Below are positions 1 through 14,319 of a stretch of DNA of 64,000 nt, in pieces. The DNA is from Octopus vulgaris (Eukaryota): assembly GCA_951406725.2 (NCBI GenBank), contig OX597828.1:68324001-68388000 (forward strand), given 5' to 3'. Both the position numbers and the translations under genes were made by a program. Position 1 is the stretch's first letter. Each line of letters opens with the position of its first letter. The notes below the pieces were generated by a model. It had not been told where the DNA came from and made no database searches. It saw only the letters and a program-made list of their open reading frames with translations.

Positions 1-157
1 CACTTGCCCACAGTGCCACACAGAGGGACTGAACACAATGGCAGAGAAGCAACCTCTTAACCACACAGCAACCTAAAATTAATTAGGTATCAGTTCATTG
101 GTATTCATATACACATCTGAATATACAAGTTACAACCAATGAGTGGCATCACAACTA

Positions 158-430
158 TCATCATCATCGTTTAACGTCCGCTTTCCATGCTAGCATGGGT
201 TGGATGATTTTGACTGAGGGCTGGCGAACCAGATGGCTGCACCAGGCTCCAATCTTGATCTGGCAGAGTTTCTACAGCTGGATGCCCTTCCTAACGTCAA
301 CCACTCCGAGAGTGTAGTGGGTGCTTTTTACGTGCCACTGGCACAGGGCCAGTCAGGTGGTACTGGCAACAACCTTGCTCGAATCTTTATACACATGCTA
401 CCGGCACAGGTGCCAGTAAGGCAACGCTGA
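158..430 (-). mobile_element. Non-autonomous RTE-associated retroelement with (GAT)n tail (family C)
   Basis: (CAT)n tail followed by ...ggatgcccttcctaacg...; near-identical copies at 4965, 14414, 33342, 36947, 55044 and 60087. Confidence 0.8.
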
Positions 431-925
431 ACAGAAACCAGAAAGAGTATCAAATTACAACACTTATTGATTTGGTAGACAGAAACTAAAAGCATGAATG
501 TGTTTGTCTCCCAGTCTTGACATCAGATGATAGTTGTAAGTGAGCATCACTGTAAGAGGAGCAGTATCATTCACTTCTGACCTTCAGTGAAAATGTGTCT
601 AGCCATGGAAGAAATATTAATTGCTTGGAAACATTTAAGTGTTGGCAGCAGGAAGCCAGAGAAAAATCTGCCTCAACAAAACCTGCCTGATCCATGCAAG
701 CACGGAAAAGTAGAAATTAGAATGATGCTGATAAATCAATCATCAATATATTTACAATAATAAACAATTTTTTATATACACTGAGATGTAACAACAGTAA
801 TAGCTCGGTATTTAAAAAATATAGCTGCTACAAATATATATATAAAAGAGAAAACCAGATTATGTAAGCAGTTAATTCAATAAGACTGAGAAAATAAAGA
901 GAGCAAAAAAGTGAGAGAGACTTAC

Positions 926-1027
926 CTGGGCATCTCTGATTAGAACACTCCATGCCTCAGTATCATAGGGGTATGCAGAAATTCTTTTCTCAGCTTTCTT
1001 TACTTTATCGGGTATGTAACCTATTTC
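926..1027 (-). CDS. CSTF3: Cleavage stimulation factor 77 kDa subunit (CstF-77 / suppressor of forked), internal coding exon; gene continues left of the window
   Basis: Minus-strand exon bounded by ttttccactttAG and GTAAGT, 102 nt, phase 0/0. It translates as [34 protein letters not shown], matching the recalled human CSTF3 N-terminus [32 protein letters not shown]. Confidence 0.93.
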
Positions 1028-1964
1028 CTAAAGTGGAAAACATAACATTTGAATAAGTCAATTCCCAAATAATAAAATACATCAAATAGTATATATAAAA
1101 AAAGAAAGAAAAAACCTTAACAACTACTTTGCAACAAGTATATGCAATATTTTCCAAAGGTGTACATACAGATATGTGAAAATAAATCCTAATGATGCTC
1201 ATTTTGGCTAATAACTTTTTTAACAATAAAAATATAATTAATCTTTCATACATATTTTGAAACAAAAGAAAATCATTTTACAATGTATGACAATTTTTAT
1301 GTATGTGCATGAGTGTGTGTATATACATAAATAGATACATATTTATACATGCAGACATGTACACATACACACACAAACGTACAAATACATGTACACGTGT
1401 TTGTGTGTGCAAACATCATCATCATCATTTAACATCCGTGTTCTATGCTGGAATGGGCTTGATGATTTGACAGGATCTGATAACCCAAAAACTGCATCAT
1501 ACTTCAGTGTCAGCAGCTTTGGTATGGCTTTAACACCAAATGCCCTTCTTAACATAAATATATATGTGCATGTACACAGATATATACACACAGTCGTATA
1601 TACATTACAGCTATAGGATGTCACACTGGCACTTAACTCTGGATGCACAGTTCTTTATATCCAAAACAGCTGTAAGCTAATGAAGGTGGTTGACTATGCA
1701 ACTCCTAGTTGGTCATACATTTAAGGAACTTGCTTCCCAATCACTTGGTTACAGGTTCAGTCCCACTACATATTATGAGTCTTCCACTATAGCCCTGAGC
1801 TGACCAAAGCCTTGTGAAGGGATTTAGCAGATGGAAACTGAAAAAAAAAAAAACTTTGTGTGTGTGTGTGTGTGTCTCTCTCTCTCCTTGTATCAACCTT
1901 GCATCAAAGTTGTAAACAAATATTATTGTCATGCAAGCAGTATCATTCATTTCTAATAGACTGC

Positions 1965-2190
1965 AAACGAGAACAGACAAAGGGATTAAGTCAATTATAT
2001 AGACCCCAGTGGGAAACTGGTACTTTATTTATTCTGAAAGGAAGGTAAAGTCGACCTCAATGAATTCAAATTCCGCCGAGGTCGACTTTGCCTTACATCC
2101 TTTCGGGGTCGATGTAATCGACTTAATCCCTTTGTCTGTTCTTGTTTGTCCCCTCTATGTTTAGCCCCTTGTGGGCAGTAAAGAAATACA
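1965..2190. mobile_element. Two tRNA-SINE (family A) fragments joined in inverted orientation
   Basis: gaacagacaaagggattaagtc...aaagtcgacctc is the reverse complement of gaggtcgacttt...gacttaatccctttgtctgttc. Confidence 0.75.
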
Positions 2191-2639
2191 TTTCTAAGAG
2201 GCTGCAAAAAACACACCTGTCCATGGAGAAATATTACCCTGCTAGGAAACAGGTGGAGGCTGGTGACAGGAATGGTATCCAGCCATAGAAAATCTACCTC
2301 AATGAACTAACTCATGCAAGCATGGAAAAGTATAAGGTATGTATATTAGAGTTGAGATTTCAGTTATTTTTATTTTTATCCTTCACAATCCAATAAATCA
2401 ATATCACAGTCTGTGTTCAAAGTAATTTCTTTTTATGTTGTCTCTGTAAAGACCATTGTTTTTATTATTATTAATTAATCAGTGGAAGGAGGAGTGACAG
2501 ATTGTCCTACACTAGTGAGATTGGTGTGGTTGATTGATGATCAATTTAATAATCTGAACGTCAATGTCTACAGATAAAAACCAGATTAAATGTAGGCTAT
2601 TAAGAACCAATAAAATAGTCCTTTCTTTAAGTATGGTCT

Positions 2640-3420
2640 GTTTGCATGGAGCAACTCTACCGCATGTATGTAATACTACAATGAAGAGTTAGTAACTGAT
2701 CAGAGCTGGGATATTTTTTGGCCAAAAACAAGAAACCTCAGCTCTGTGATGCAGTTTTGGCAAAATTTTGTGATGCCTAACTGATACAGAAACACTTTGA
2801 AGGTCTGCCAAACTCATGTCCAAATCAATCTTTAAAGCACCTCCCACAAAATCTGGGGCAATAGAATGGGAGCTACAAAGAGCCATTAGCCTAATGAACT
2901 ATATTGCAAAAATCTTGTTAGAAATAGATCCCGAAATAGAATCAAGCCGGAGATATCAGAAGCACAATGTGAATTTGTTGAGGGTAAAAGAACAGCTACT
3001 GTCATGTACTTTGAAGTACATCATTGAAAAAGTAATTGAAATACAAGACCTGTACCTAAGTTTCATGAATTGCACAAAAGTATTTGAACAAGTATGCCAT
3101 GAAGAAGTCACTACACTGTTAGACAATATAAATCTAGAGGGAAAAGACTTAGGAATAATCGGAAATATCTGTTTGGCAACAAACAGCAGCAATCAGAATT
3201 GGAAATGAAATTGAGAGGAAATCAAAAGAGTATAACAAGGAACTTAGATATTACTAGGCAATTTTCCACTATACGGTTAAGTAATTATGTGATCTAATGA
3301 ACCTCAACCAGATTTAGAGAGGACAAAATTTCAATATTGGTATACAGCTGATGACAGTCTTCGTAGAAAAAGCAAAGGAAGATCTACAAATGTTAGCACT
3401 ATTAATGATAAAAAGATGTT
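2640..3420 (+). mobile_element. Decayed RTE-clade LINE reverse transcriptase fragment
   Basis: ORF 2816-3208 contains IIEKVIEIQDLYLSFMNCTKVFEQV (degenerate FIDYxKAFDxV); a YTADD-like motif lies near 3340. Confidence 0.65.
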
Positions 3421-4964
3421 TCTAGATTTACCACTTATTCTCAAAGTACAAATTCAAATTAATTATAATTGTATAGCATGAAAATGTTTAAAAGCAAAAA
3501 GTTTGACACTTTCATAAATCTTTGATTATATCAATATATCAAGCCATGAAAACTCAGAGTAACCTCTTCTCTCTCTCAATTTTTGTTTTTAATTTTATTT
3601 GCAAGAGTTCATCCTTAGCCTCATCTTTTACAAACACCAATGAAGGAACCTCTCAGTAATCACCCAGTCTGCTGGAAACAGCAATCAAATTCACACTCTA
3701 ACCACTGAGACAAGGTTAAACAACAACGTAATCAGGTTTGGCAGCTATAACTACTATCAAGTGTAAGGCATGTGCTTGTCAGTAATTAACCCTTCTGTTA
3801 CCATATTTCTATTGAAATAACACTGATTTTGTTTCAGTTGATTTTTGAAAATAACGAATTTAGTAAAATAATTTTATTATTAAGATGGTTTGAAACATTA
3901 AATTTTGATGGAAGGCTGAAGGTTTTAATTTAGATCACTTTCAAAAAGGAAGTTGACATCATACAACCAAAGACGAACTCAAGCAGTTTGACATCAAAAA
4001 AGTTAAATTGCAACAACTCATATCTCGACATTCTTTAGTTCATAAAAATTAAATAAAAACTAAAAGTTTAAATATTTAGAAAAACAAATTTTAGAATTAA
4101 GTATGGGGAAAAAGGGAATTAGCCTCAGGATAAATTGTAAGACTCAATTCCATTTCCTTTGGCTTTCTTTATGGTTTAGAGAGAGAATATTTATAATAAA
4201 AAGGATAAAGTACATAATGGTTTTGTATAATTTTTGAAGAGTAAATTGCTTGTCTAAATATTTGGTAAGGTTATTTAGACCTTGGTTAACCCCTGATCTC
4301 CAAAGGCGTTCTAGATGTGACTATTCTTTTTCATTCTGTTTTTGCAAGTATAGTGTATCTTAGGACTATATTATTCAATGCATTTTTATATTATAAATAG
4401 AAGAATACAATACAAGAGATGCAGCACGAAGTTTTGTCAGTGAACAGGTCGCGGTCTCAAAGCGACAAAAATATTTTGACAAATTAAATTTAAATGTTGA
4501 AGTGAATCTAACAGTTTTTGTGTGTTTCTTAAATGGCTTATAAACACCTTCCATGCTGCAATTGTTTTCTTTCGAGCACATGATCTCAGATCAAGTCACT
4601 CGCTATGCAAATACATCTCCGTAAATACAATTCAACTGTTCTTTAAATAAGTATAGCAGCTCATTTTGATGATTTCAGACAGTGAATGAGTATTACAGAA
4701 ATAATCAGGATAGCTAATAAAAATCAATAGAGGCTGAGAACTAAGGAAAGTTGATTTTACTTTTTACTTCTTTAACAGAAAATATGAGGAAAAAGTAAAC
4801 AGTTTTGAAACTAAAATATCTTAAGATATAATTTGTTATTCCTAAGACAATCTGCTTGTAATCTGTTGAAAATGCATCATCTGTCGTTGTTCATTAAATA
4901 ATAACAAGACCCAAGTAGTTACATGGTAAAAAATATTTTACAAAACAGTCATGCTCCATTACTA

Positions 4965-5305
4965 TTGCCAGAGCGGCTATCTGACCTCCGTGCTGGTGGC
5001 ACGTAAAAGACACCGTTCAAGCGTGATCGTTACCAGCATCACCTTACTGGCACCTGTGCCGGTGGCATGTGTAAAAGATTCGAGCGAGGTCGTTGCCAGT
5101 GCCGCCTGACTGGCCCCGTGCAGGTGGCATGTAAAAAGCACCCACTACACTCTCGGAGTGTTTGGCTTTAGGAAGGGCATCCAGCTATAGAAACTCTGCC
5201 AAATCAAGATTGGAGCCTGGTGCGGCCATCTGGTTCGTCAGCCCTCAGTCATACGCCCAACCCATGCTAGCATGGAAAGCGGATGTTAAGCGATGATGAT
5301 GATGA
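4965..5305 (+). mobile_element. Family C retroelement copy
   Basis: Internal ccggtggca..taaaa sub-repeats, aggaagggcatccagct, (GAT)n tail. Confidence 0.8.
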
Positions 5306-6208
5306 TTGGCATAAATGATTATATCTAATCTGGTACTGAAAAACTGATTTAACTCAGGAAAAAGCAATAAGGAAATATAGCTATCAGGTGAACAAATTAA
5401 AAAATCAAAAAGAATTTGATTTTAAGTCTGAAAAGTTTATCAAAAGCAAATAAAGTCAAAAAACATCTTTTTGAAAGAAAATAGGAACAAGCTACAAAAC
5501 CATTATCACCCATAATAATGTTTATATTGGGGGGGGGGGGGGGTTAGACAGCATTTGTTTTTACAATATTTTTTTTTTCAAGTAAAATTCAAAATTAAAT
5601 ACATAATTGCAATTATTTGTGTTTCATATTCTAGATAAAAATGAAAATCCAAACGAAGTATTTTATCTTTATTTTTTTAATTCCAGCAATTTACTGTTTT
5701 TAACTACTACTACCACTATTACTACCAGACATAACTATTGCAGTAATAGGTTGGTTACTCTGAACAACAACACATTAAATTATCAACATGTGTTAACACT
5801 AGAATTACCGTTTACATTCCAGCTTTCAGACACCAGCTATTCGCCCATTAGTTCTCTCTAATCTATTCAAATCAAATCTAACTACATCTAAAAATAGAGT
5901 AACTTTTGTTGCCAGAATTATGCTTTTAGTATTTAATAAAATGTCACGAATAAAATTTTCATTACAGTGCAACAACCAAAGCATGTAGCACTACATATAT
6001 TAAAAAGGAACTATGGAAAAGATTTAAAACATATGTGAGTCATGATTGTTCACCAAATTTCACTGACAAAACTTTGGCCAACCAGAGGCTGTAATGGAAA
6101 ATGGTCAACAAAGGTGCCATGCAGTGTACTGAATTCAAAACGATGTCAACATGAAGTCTCTAACCATTTGATTTGAAGTACCACACAAATTTAGGAAATC
6201 ATCATTTA

Positions 6209-6561
6209 TCTCTCTATATATAAACGGCAAAATGTCTGTCTGTCTGTGTGTGTGTCCTTTATACAAATCCACAATTTTTCAGTTAGAGGGCTCACACTTT
6301 CTATGGTCATTCAAAACCGTCCAAGGGTGGTCGTGCACATCCTTACATTTCCCCAGTCACCCCGCAAAGCCATTAAAAAATCAATAGAAGTGACTTTTTT
6401 GTGAATTTTCTATCCAAAACCCAATCAAAATGCTTGAAACTTGATACGCCAATTGAATGCCAGCTAGCTGTATGCGATTGGTCGGAGATTTGGACAGTAC
6501 TCGCATGTATGTGCGCACGCACACAACTGTATATGCATGCGTTGCCGGGTTATAGTGCTAG
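6209..6561 (+). mobile_element. Non-autonomous Helitron-like element
   Basis: A|TC(tc)tatatataaa start, internal gtct/gt microsatellite, gccggg..gCTAG|T end; reverse-complement copy at 49781-50150. Confidence 0.75.
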
Positions 6562-7490
6562 TCACATCTAATAACTTGAAATATTTTTATCTTCAATTAA
6601 AGACAGTGTTTAAATTACTATTTATAAGAATTTTTGTCACAAACTTATGGAAATGAATCTTCAAATAGAAATACAAAGCACAACATGATCAGGTTTTGAA
6701 TTTGGTCCCAAATTCTAACAGCATCATCATTACTTAACATCCTTGTTCCATGCTGGCATGGGTTGTTTGAAGAGATCTGATGGAGCCAAGGATTTCATCA
6801 GGCTCTCATATGGCTTCTACTGCTGGATGCACTTCCAAAAGCCAACCACTTTACAGCATGTACTGGATGCTTTTTTTTTTTTTTGTGCCACCAACACTAC
6901 TGAGGTTACCATGCAGCTTGCAAAACCGGACCTCAAAGAGGGGAGGGGGCAGTTTGATATTAGAGGATGATGAGAGGTTACAGTATGAGAGAATGCGCAG
7001 GGGTGGAGGGGGAAAGAACAGATTCTTGAAGAAGAGCTGCATGATCACTAATAATTTTAATAAAATCCTACAAAAAAAAAGGATAATTTGAGGCTAATTG
7101 AGAAAAGTTAGGCTTCATAGAGATCACTGGAGATAGACTGATATGTAGGTAAGCCCATCGAATGGAAGGAGAGGGAAACTAAAAAACAAAAGTTCATCGT
7201 CATCTCCAATCACTTGCAAAAGATGACAATTCTTGTTACCCAACAAAAAAAGTGACATACTACTGAGAGGTGAATATAACAGTGAATGGATCCATCAGAT
7301 ATCAACAAATACATTGTATAACCTTTCAATTAAACATATTCATCAACACAACCATCTCACCAAATACTAACAAGAAAACTAGTATTCTCATAGAGAGTAA
7401 GCTACATGAAGCTAGTGATGAGAGATGGTAAGCAGCCTTTGTAGGTTTCTCCCATCTCAAGTAAAATGTTGTACCAATAGGTCTCATTAA

Positions 7491-7700
7491 CCCTTTTGAT
7501 ACCAGCCCGGCTCTGGCTCTGTGGTAAAATGTCTTGTTTTCATAAGTTTTGAATTAAAATCTTCCACCAAACCTTAGTCACAATTTATGTTCCTAACACT
7601 AGCTGAAAGATAGCCAAGTTATTTTTCTAAATTCATTTTTATATTTAAAATAGTTGAAAGAAACACACAGCATCTCAAAATAAATACAGTAACGAATGGG
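7491..7700. mobile_element. piggyBac-like MITE
   Basis: TTAA|CCCTTT...GGG|TTAA; related copies near 3790-4003, 17603-17722, 49220-49433 and 56760-57160. Confidence 0.75.
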
Positions 7701-8263
7701 TTAAATACTTATTGAGTCAATGTATCTGTAAGAATGTTCTCATACTTTACTTTTATTAAGTCTACTGATGTGTCTATGGATAATTTGAAGGATACCACTG
7801 GTTTCACAGTGACACGCATTTACAACTATTATGCCATGTCAAGACTAGGAGAAGAAAACATGCCCACAAACACACATTTATATAAAAATATGATGCATGG
7901 CTGTGTTGTTAAGTAGCTTGCTTCCTAACCAGGTGCAGGCAAGGCTGTGTGGTTAACTAGTTCACTTCTCAACCTCATGGTTCCAGGTTCAATAGGAATG
8001 CATGGCAGCTTGGGCAAGTGTCTTCTAGTATAGCTCCAAGCAAACCAAAGCCTGGTGAGTAGACTTGACAGATGGAAACAGAAAGAAGCCCAACACACAC
8101 ACACTACATTTATTAGCAACAGCAGCAGTATTAATACCAAGAGGTTATAGATATCCCCACTTAAATGTGGATGTTCTGTTAGAACAAACTATACTGCGGT
8201 AGTTATCATGAGAGAAACTATTGGTTTTTGGTGCAAAATGCACTCATTTATATCACTAGTGGG

Positions 8264-8294
<31 letters not shown>

Positions 8295-11200
8295 TATACA
8301 CACACACACCGTAAAAACCCATGTAATTTATGCACTTTTTTTCGCAAAAACAAAACTAAACTTAAGGGGGTGCATAAATTACATGAGTAGATTGTTTCCA
8401 GGATTTCGGGGGAATTTTTTTTTGTTGAAAAATGACGTACAAATGTAAACATTTGTACGGAAAGTTAATTCATTTAATGTCAGAAAGGGTTTTTACAGAA
8501 AGAATATAATGAAGTTGACTTATATTTATGCTAGACGGTATAATGCTTGCTTTTTCTATATAAATTTATTAAAATCATTAAATGGTTAACTACTTTTTGA
8601 AGTCTGACATTCATACTGGTAATCACGGTCTGGGCCATATTTTACATTGCTTGGAGTTTCTAACCATTGCACTGGAGCCCAGCTATTTCCTTAAAGAGAT
8701 CAGTTTTTCTCCACTTACGAAGTCTAGCTTGCGTTTGCCTCCAGGAAGCTATTGTTCGATTTCTCCACATTAGGACAATGAAATTCATCACCACCGACAT
8801 CGCCACTACCAGCTCTTACTGCATCTAACACTGACAACATAATTCATCCTTGCGCATGTAAACTCACTAAGTGAATATGACTTAGCATTCCTACAGAAAC
8901 CTTCATTTACCTTATACAATGATTAATGTCGTTTCACATTCATGTTAAATTATGTAGCAATCTTATGTTCTCTTCACAGAACACTTGTATGAACTGGTAT
9001 GTATTACCAGTTCTTTTGGTAGAGTAGATTTTTGCTATTCTTGTTTATGTCTCTTCAAAGACATGTATATTCTAACAAGTCACTTCTTAAATTTCGCACT
9101 TCTCTTATTCAATAAGCAACAAGTTCAACTTGTAAAGCTGTTTATTTTAGCAGGTTACCAAACTATCAGTTTGATCTCCCGGCTAAAATGGTAACAACTT
9201 TCTAAGTTCGCTTGACATTTTATAAGTGTGAAAGGGATTAAAATTTCAATACCCTGTATCAAAGGTTCTGACAAGAATAGGCAGAAAATCAGAGCTTGAG
9301 ACGAGAAGACACTTTCGACCAATCAGAATTCTGTTTACGTAATTAGTTTGATCGGTCACCTTCTTTTGTTGGTTGAGTAAAGTGTCATCCAAGCTGATCT
9401 TTATTGGTAATTAAACTTAATTTGCAACACTTATGCATATTTATCAGCTTTGTTTCTGTCGATAAGAATTATCAACAACTTTTCCTGTGATCTTGATTTG
9501 AGAAGACATACAGAAGTATACTAAAGATCGGACATAATCTTTTGTGGGCAAGAAACGTAAAATAAAGTTTATTATAAACAACACAGACACTTTGTAATTC
9601 TATAGCTTTTTATGTAATACCTGTTAAACAGAAATTATTTAATGAAAATTTAATAAAATCTTATAAGTGAAATTATGTTAAATTCAACTAAATTGAAAAC
9701 CATTTCAATTTGGAACAAGAAGGGCATCCAGCCATAGAAAAATCATCCTTAACAAATTCTGTCTTATCCAAGCAAGTATGGAAAGGTGAATGTTATGATG
9801 ACAGGCTTCTTTTAGTTTCCATGTACCAAATCCACTCATAAACCTTTAATTGGTTCAGGGCTATAGCAGAAAACACTTCCCCGAGGTGCCACATGATGGG
9901 ACTGAACCAGGAAACACATAGTTGGGAAGTGAACTTCTTAACTATACACCTATATCTGAATGGTGCAAACAGCTGATCTTTTAATTAAGTCAATTACAAC
10001 AAATGCTTTGTTTTTTCTATAAGATTAACAGATTTTTTTTTAAATAAATAAATATTAAAAAAATCACTTTCTGCACTGAATCCATCTTTGTTGACAAGGT
10101 ATTTAATTGAAATGCAGATCAATAAAGATCAATACTTCTATATTGACGTTTCTACTGATTCCATCAGAATGGAAATCAAAGTGAAGCCTATTAACCTGTA
10201 ACATCAAGTTAAATATGTTTCAATTATTGAGATATTAACTCTTTAATATTGACATTCTACACACATTTCAGATGTTGTCAGTAAAAAAGAGACACTTGTA
10301 TACACGACAAATCTGCCTCTATAAAGAAAACAATAACAACCAACAGGACTTCATTTCATCGAGTTTCAGCTCACGAGCTGTGGCCATGCTGGGGCACTGC
10401 CATTCGGTGTTGCTACATGATTTTACTTCATGATGCTTTTTAGCAATTGACATTTGGTGCATGGGAGACTTCTGGATTTATATCACATAAATACGCACAC
10501 ATACACGAGATAGCGTGAGTATCCCAGTTTTTAAGACAGGTACACTGTATCCATGTAGTATGAAGTAACTAAGAGGGTTGGTATCAAGTTGTTAACTACT
10601 ATCTCATAAAAGTTCTGTTCAACCACTATAGAAAAGGCATAGAAAATTAAAAACAATTTTATGATAATCAAATTATCTTTCAAAAGCAGGATCAGCTAAC
10701 AATTGAGGAAAGCAAAAAAAAAAGCCAGAGAGACAACTGATAGGCCATTCTCAGCCAACTTCAGGAATACAGAAGTGAGAAACAATCTGAAAAAGTGTCA
10801 AAGGCCAATACACATCACTTTGTGCAACAAGACCTGCCATATGCAACGTTGTTTTGAAAGCTCTGTGGCATGTGACATTCTGTAGCTAACACAGTTATTG
10901 AACTGAGTAGTAATAAATAGATGTGGATAAATGACTCATAATAAAGTAATCAAGCTAAGTATAAATCCAAGGTCGGGATTAGCATTATATTAATGTGGAT
11001 GCCAAGATCCAGAGAAGCAGGCACTAATGCTGCTCTCCTCTCGGCTCTCTGTTATCCTATTTCATCGAAAAGTTATTTGAATGAATTTAATTAGAAAATA
11101 TATGCTTCATTATACATTCTCTCTGTTAATCTGTCAGTATTTATAATATTAAAAGTAACAGATTTACTGATGGATTCAGATAAAAATAACACGACCATAA

Positions 11201-11924
11201 AACAAGTATGATTAAATGGTTTGATGTGGGTTGCACTGACTGCTTATCACTTTCATTAATATGCACCTAGTTGTATAAATAACAGCATTATCTCAACAAA
11301 TGAGTTATGTGATCACTCAAACTGCTATTAATAGCAGCAAAATTTCTTGTATATTACACCTTGCTGTTTAAATAAAAACAAGAAGAAAGGACACAAACAA
11401 TGCAGTTCCTGATATACAAAAGACAGGCTGGTCACAGACTTTTATCACAGGTCTATTCACTCAGAACTGACCTAGAGCTAAACAACAGCACCAGCTGTTT
11501 GTGCAAGTGAATTTGACTCAAATACTAACCCAAATAAGGAGTATAATTAATCTAGAAATGATACAGCTAAACCAGTTAGAAAATATAGAGAAAGCAGTTT
11601 TTTATGCAATTTTCTGAGAAAAAATGTTGAATTGTTTGTTTAGAGCGGCAGAATGTTGAAGAAACGGAAATGACATATGGTTAAATTTACAAATAAACTT
11701 TCTAAGACATCACTTATCTGTTTATATAAACTTTGAAAATATTCAATTTTTTTTTAACAAAGAGGCATTCTAAGAATAACAGAAATAAGACATTGGGTTT
11801 TGGGACAGAGTTTATGGACTCCATAATTGTCTGAGGTTTGTGTGTACCCTGTAAGTTTATGCAATACCAATGGAATGATAGATTCTAAAACCACTAGCTC
11901 ATAAGTCAACACATAAAATATTTA

Positions 11925-12153
11925 TTTCTTTACTACCCACAAGGGGCTAAACACAGAGGGGACAAACAAGGACAGAGAAACGGATTAAGTCGATTACATC
12001 GACCCCAGTGCGTAACTGGTACTTAATTTATCGACCCCGAAAGGATGAAAGGCAAAGTCGGCCTCGGCGGAATTTGAACTCAGAACATAGCGGCAGACAA
12101 AATACCGCTTAGCATTTCGCCCGGTGTGCTAACATTTCTGCCAGCTCGCCGCC
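11925..12153 (-). mobile_element. Full-length tRNA-derived SINE (family A)
   Basis: Minus-strand head ggcggcgagctggcagaa with B-box gagttcaaattcc; copies at 28840-29200, 45825-46135, 50892-51104 and 57290-57500. Confidence 0.85.
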
Positions 12154-12829
12154 ATAAAATATCATTGGAAACTTAATTCTCTCCAGAGAATACAGACCAA
12201 CAACTGGGGCTTTACGCAGCAGTATGAATCAGGAAGCTAATGAGTAAAACAGCTGCTGATTCCTAAAACTCTGTACATGATTATACATATAGTATTATTA
12301 GCAGCAGCAGCATCAAACAGTAATATCATTTTGGAACAAAAGCAGGCTGAACAGTGAACTGGAAACTTAGTTTCAATATTGACTTCTCAACCTAAAGTGT
12401 ACATCAGACTATACAGGAAGGAAAAGGAAGCTTGGAAGATGAATACAGCCAAAAACATAATGAACAAAGCAGACCAAATGCTGAACAACTTATTTGCTTA
12501 TTCACAAAATAAATAAAAAAATCAGTGAAAATACAAAACAAAAATATAGAACTGAAAGAGTTAATAGATGTATGTTTAATAGGATTTTGGTGCTTTCTAC
12601 AACTTCTACTGGGACAAAACTGTTTATACTCCATCATTATCATTTAAAGTCAGCTTTTCTGTGCTGGCATGGGTTGGACAGTTTGACTGAAAACTGATAA
12701 GCTGGGGCATTGAGAGGACGTTGGTGTTGTGTCGGCGGAAGTTTGCGCTCTGAGTGCTCATTTTTTAATGTCCGTTTTCTCGTTTTTTTGTATGTATTGG
12801 AGAGATTTTCTCCAACACTCACTACTTGT

Positions 12830-14010
12830 TCCAACTCTTTGAGTTCATTTCCTTCCTAAAGCTTAGTCTCCTCTGTCAAGGTTTCCCCACTTCTTCCCAT
12901 ATCTTTGAGTCTTCCTCTTCTGCAGCCTCACTAAAATCACCTGACCCTCCTTCATCCTTCACCTATCATCTTCCATACACATGTCAACACCAACATAGTT
13001 TTCTCTCTCTAGCATACTACAACCGATTCTTCTCATATCCAGTTTTTCTCTCAGCTCATTTATTTTTTAGCATCTATGTATATTAACATTATACATCCAG
13101 TCAAGGCTGATCTGGAACCCAACCTAGGCCCCCATGTCTACGGCGTTCGCCGCTGGAATAAGGAGTGGTTGGAGATCACGCGGTCGTTAGCCTCAAATCG
13201 CCAGGCCTGGTCGGCATTTGTGAGATATGCAGCATTGAGGATGAATGAAGCCAGCTCAACCCACCCTGGGTGAATGCTGTAAGAAGAAGAATTCCGTGTA
13301 CCTTCTATATCAGAAGTCTTCCTTCCCTGTCAGCCTGCCTGTGATCTTATTGCACATCTATAAGTTATATTTGGTACACTGTAGACATTCGCCCTTTTCT
13401 GCATACCCAGTGAAGTGCTGTCATCTGTCTTTTCTAAATCTTCTTAATTCAAGGTTTGCTCCCATATTTAGAAATTCTCCTTTTCAACACGTTCATCTCA
13501 GTCAATGACATACTGAAGTTCCCACAAACAGCTCATCTTAAACTCCTCAGTTGAAGGTTAAAGAATTATGAACAGGAGCCTGTGAACCAAGCCCTGGTAG
13601 GATCCGAACTGCACTCTACATTCCTCACTGAATTCAAGATCTCACCAACAGATTTTGTATACGTTACGTGGCTTGTATTCATCCACGCCTAGTTTTATGA
13701 AAGCACAGTGGCCTGTCAAAGCCCTTCTCCAGGTCAATGAATGAAAGATAGAGAGGCTTATTCTTAGCTAAAACCTTTTCTTGCAGTTGTATCATTAAGA
13801 AAGTGTTGTCAAGTTGGTTAGTTTAAGCTTATCTATCCATTAATCTGCCACTAGTATGCCTTAGTTTAAGCTTATCTATCCATTAATCTGCCACTAGTAT
13901 GCCTTCTCCATTCACCCATTTAGAATGATCTATACCTACCCTTACCCTGAGGAGACAGGCTAACTCACCACAACACCACATCTACTCATCACCAATCTAA
14001 CATCACAACA
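12830..14010 (-). mobile_element. Decayed RTE-clade LINE fragments
   Basis: Minus strand near 13710-13790 reads QLQEKVLAKNKPLYLSFIDLEKGFDR (RT motif). Confidence 0.7.
13818..13903. repeat. Perfect 43-bp tandem duplication
   Basis: ttagtttaagcttatctatccattaatctgccactagtatgcc occurs twice in tandem. Confidence 0.95.
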
Positions 14011-14319
14011 ATTTCTCAAGACCAATCTGTTGTGCCAATGCTAATGGTGGTAGGGCCTAAAGCTTTGCACCTAGCAAGAAGGAAGTTTTCAGTGGTAGGT
14101 GGTTATTTGGTGTGTTTTCTGTACTTGACAGGAGGACAATTGATGTAATTGTTTGATGACAGTCAACAGGTTCTCATACATGGACATGGGTTCCCATCTA
14201 ACCATCTCAATACCTAGTACAGTACTAACATGGATAATATCGGTCCAATATACATAGTTTTTCATTGAATTTGTTGTGGCTGTCATGGTTTGGACAGTTT
14301 ATTCTGTTCCTATCTTTAC

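Noticed and set aside
233-430. Recurrent MAAPGS..AEFLQLDALPNANHSES peptides (also 14457, 55117)
   Set aside because: Translations of a dispersed non-coding retroelement, not a gene family.
1-925. CSTF3 autoregulatory intronic poly(A) site
   Set aside because: The known site lies in a more downstream intron (intron 3 in vertebrates), which is outside this window.
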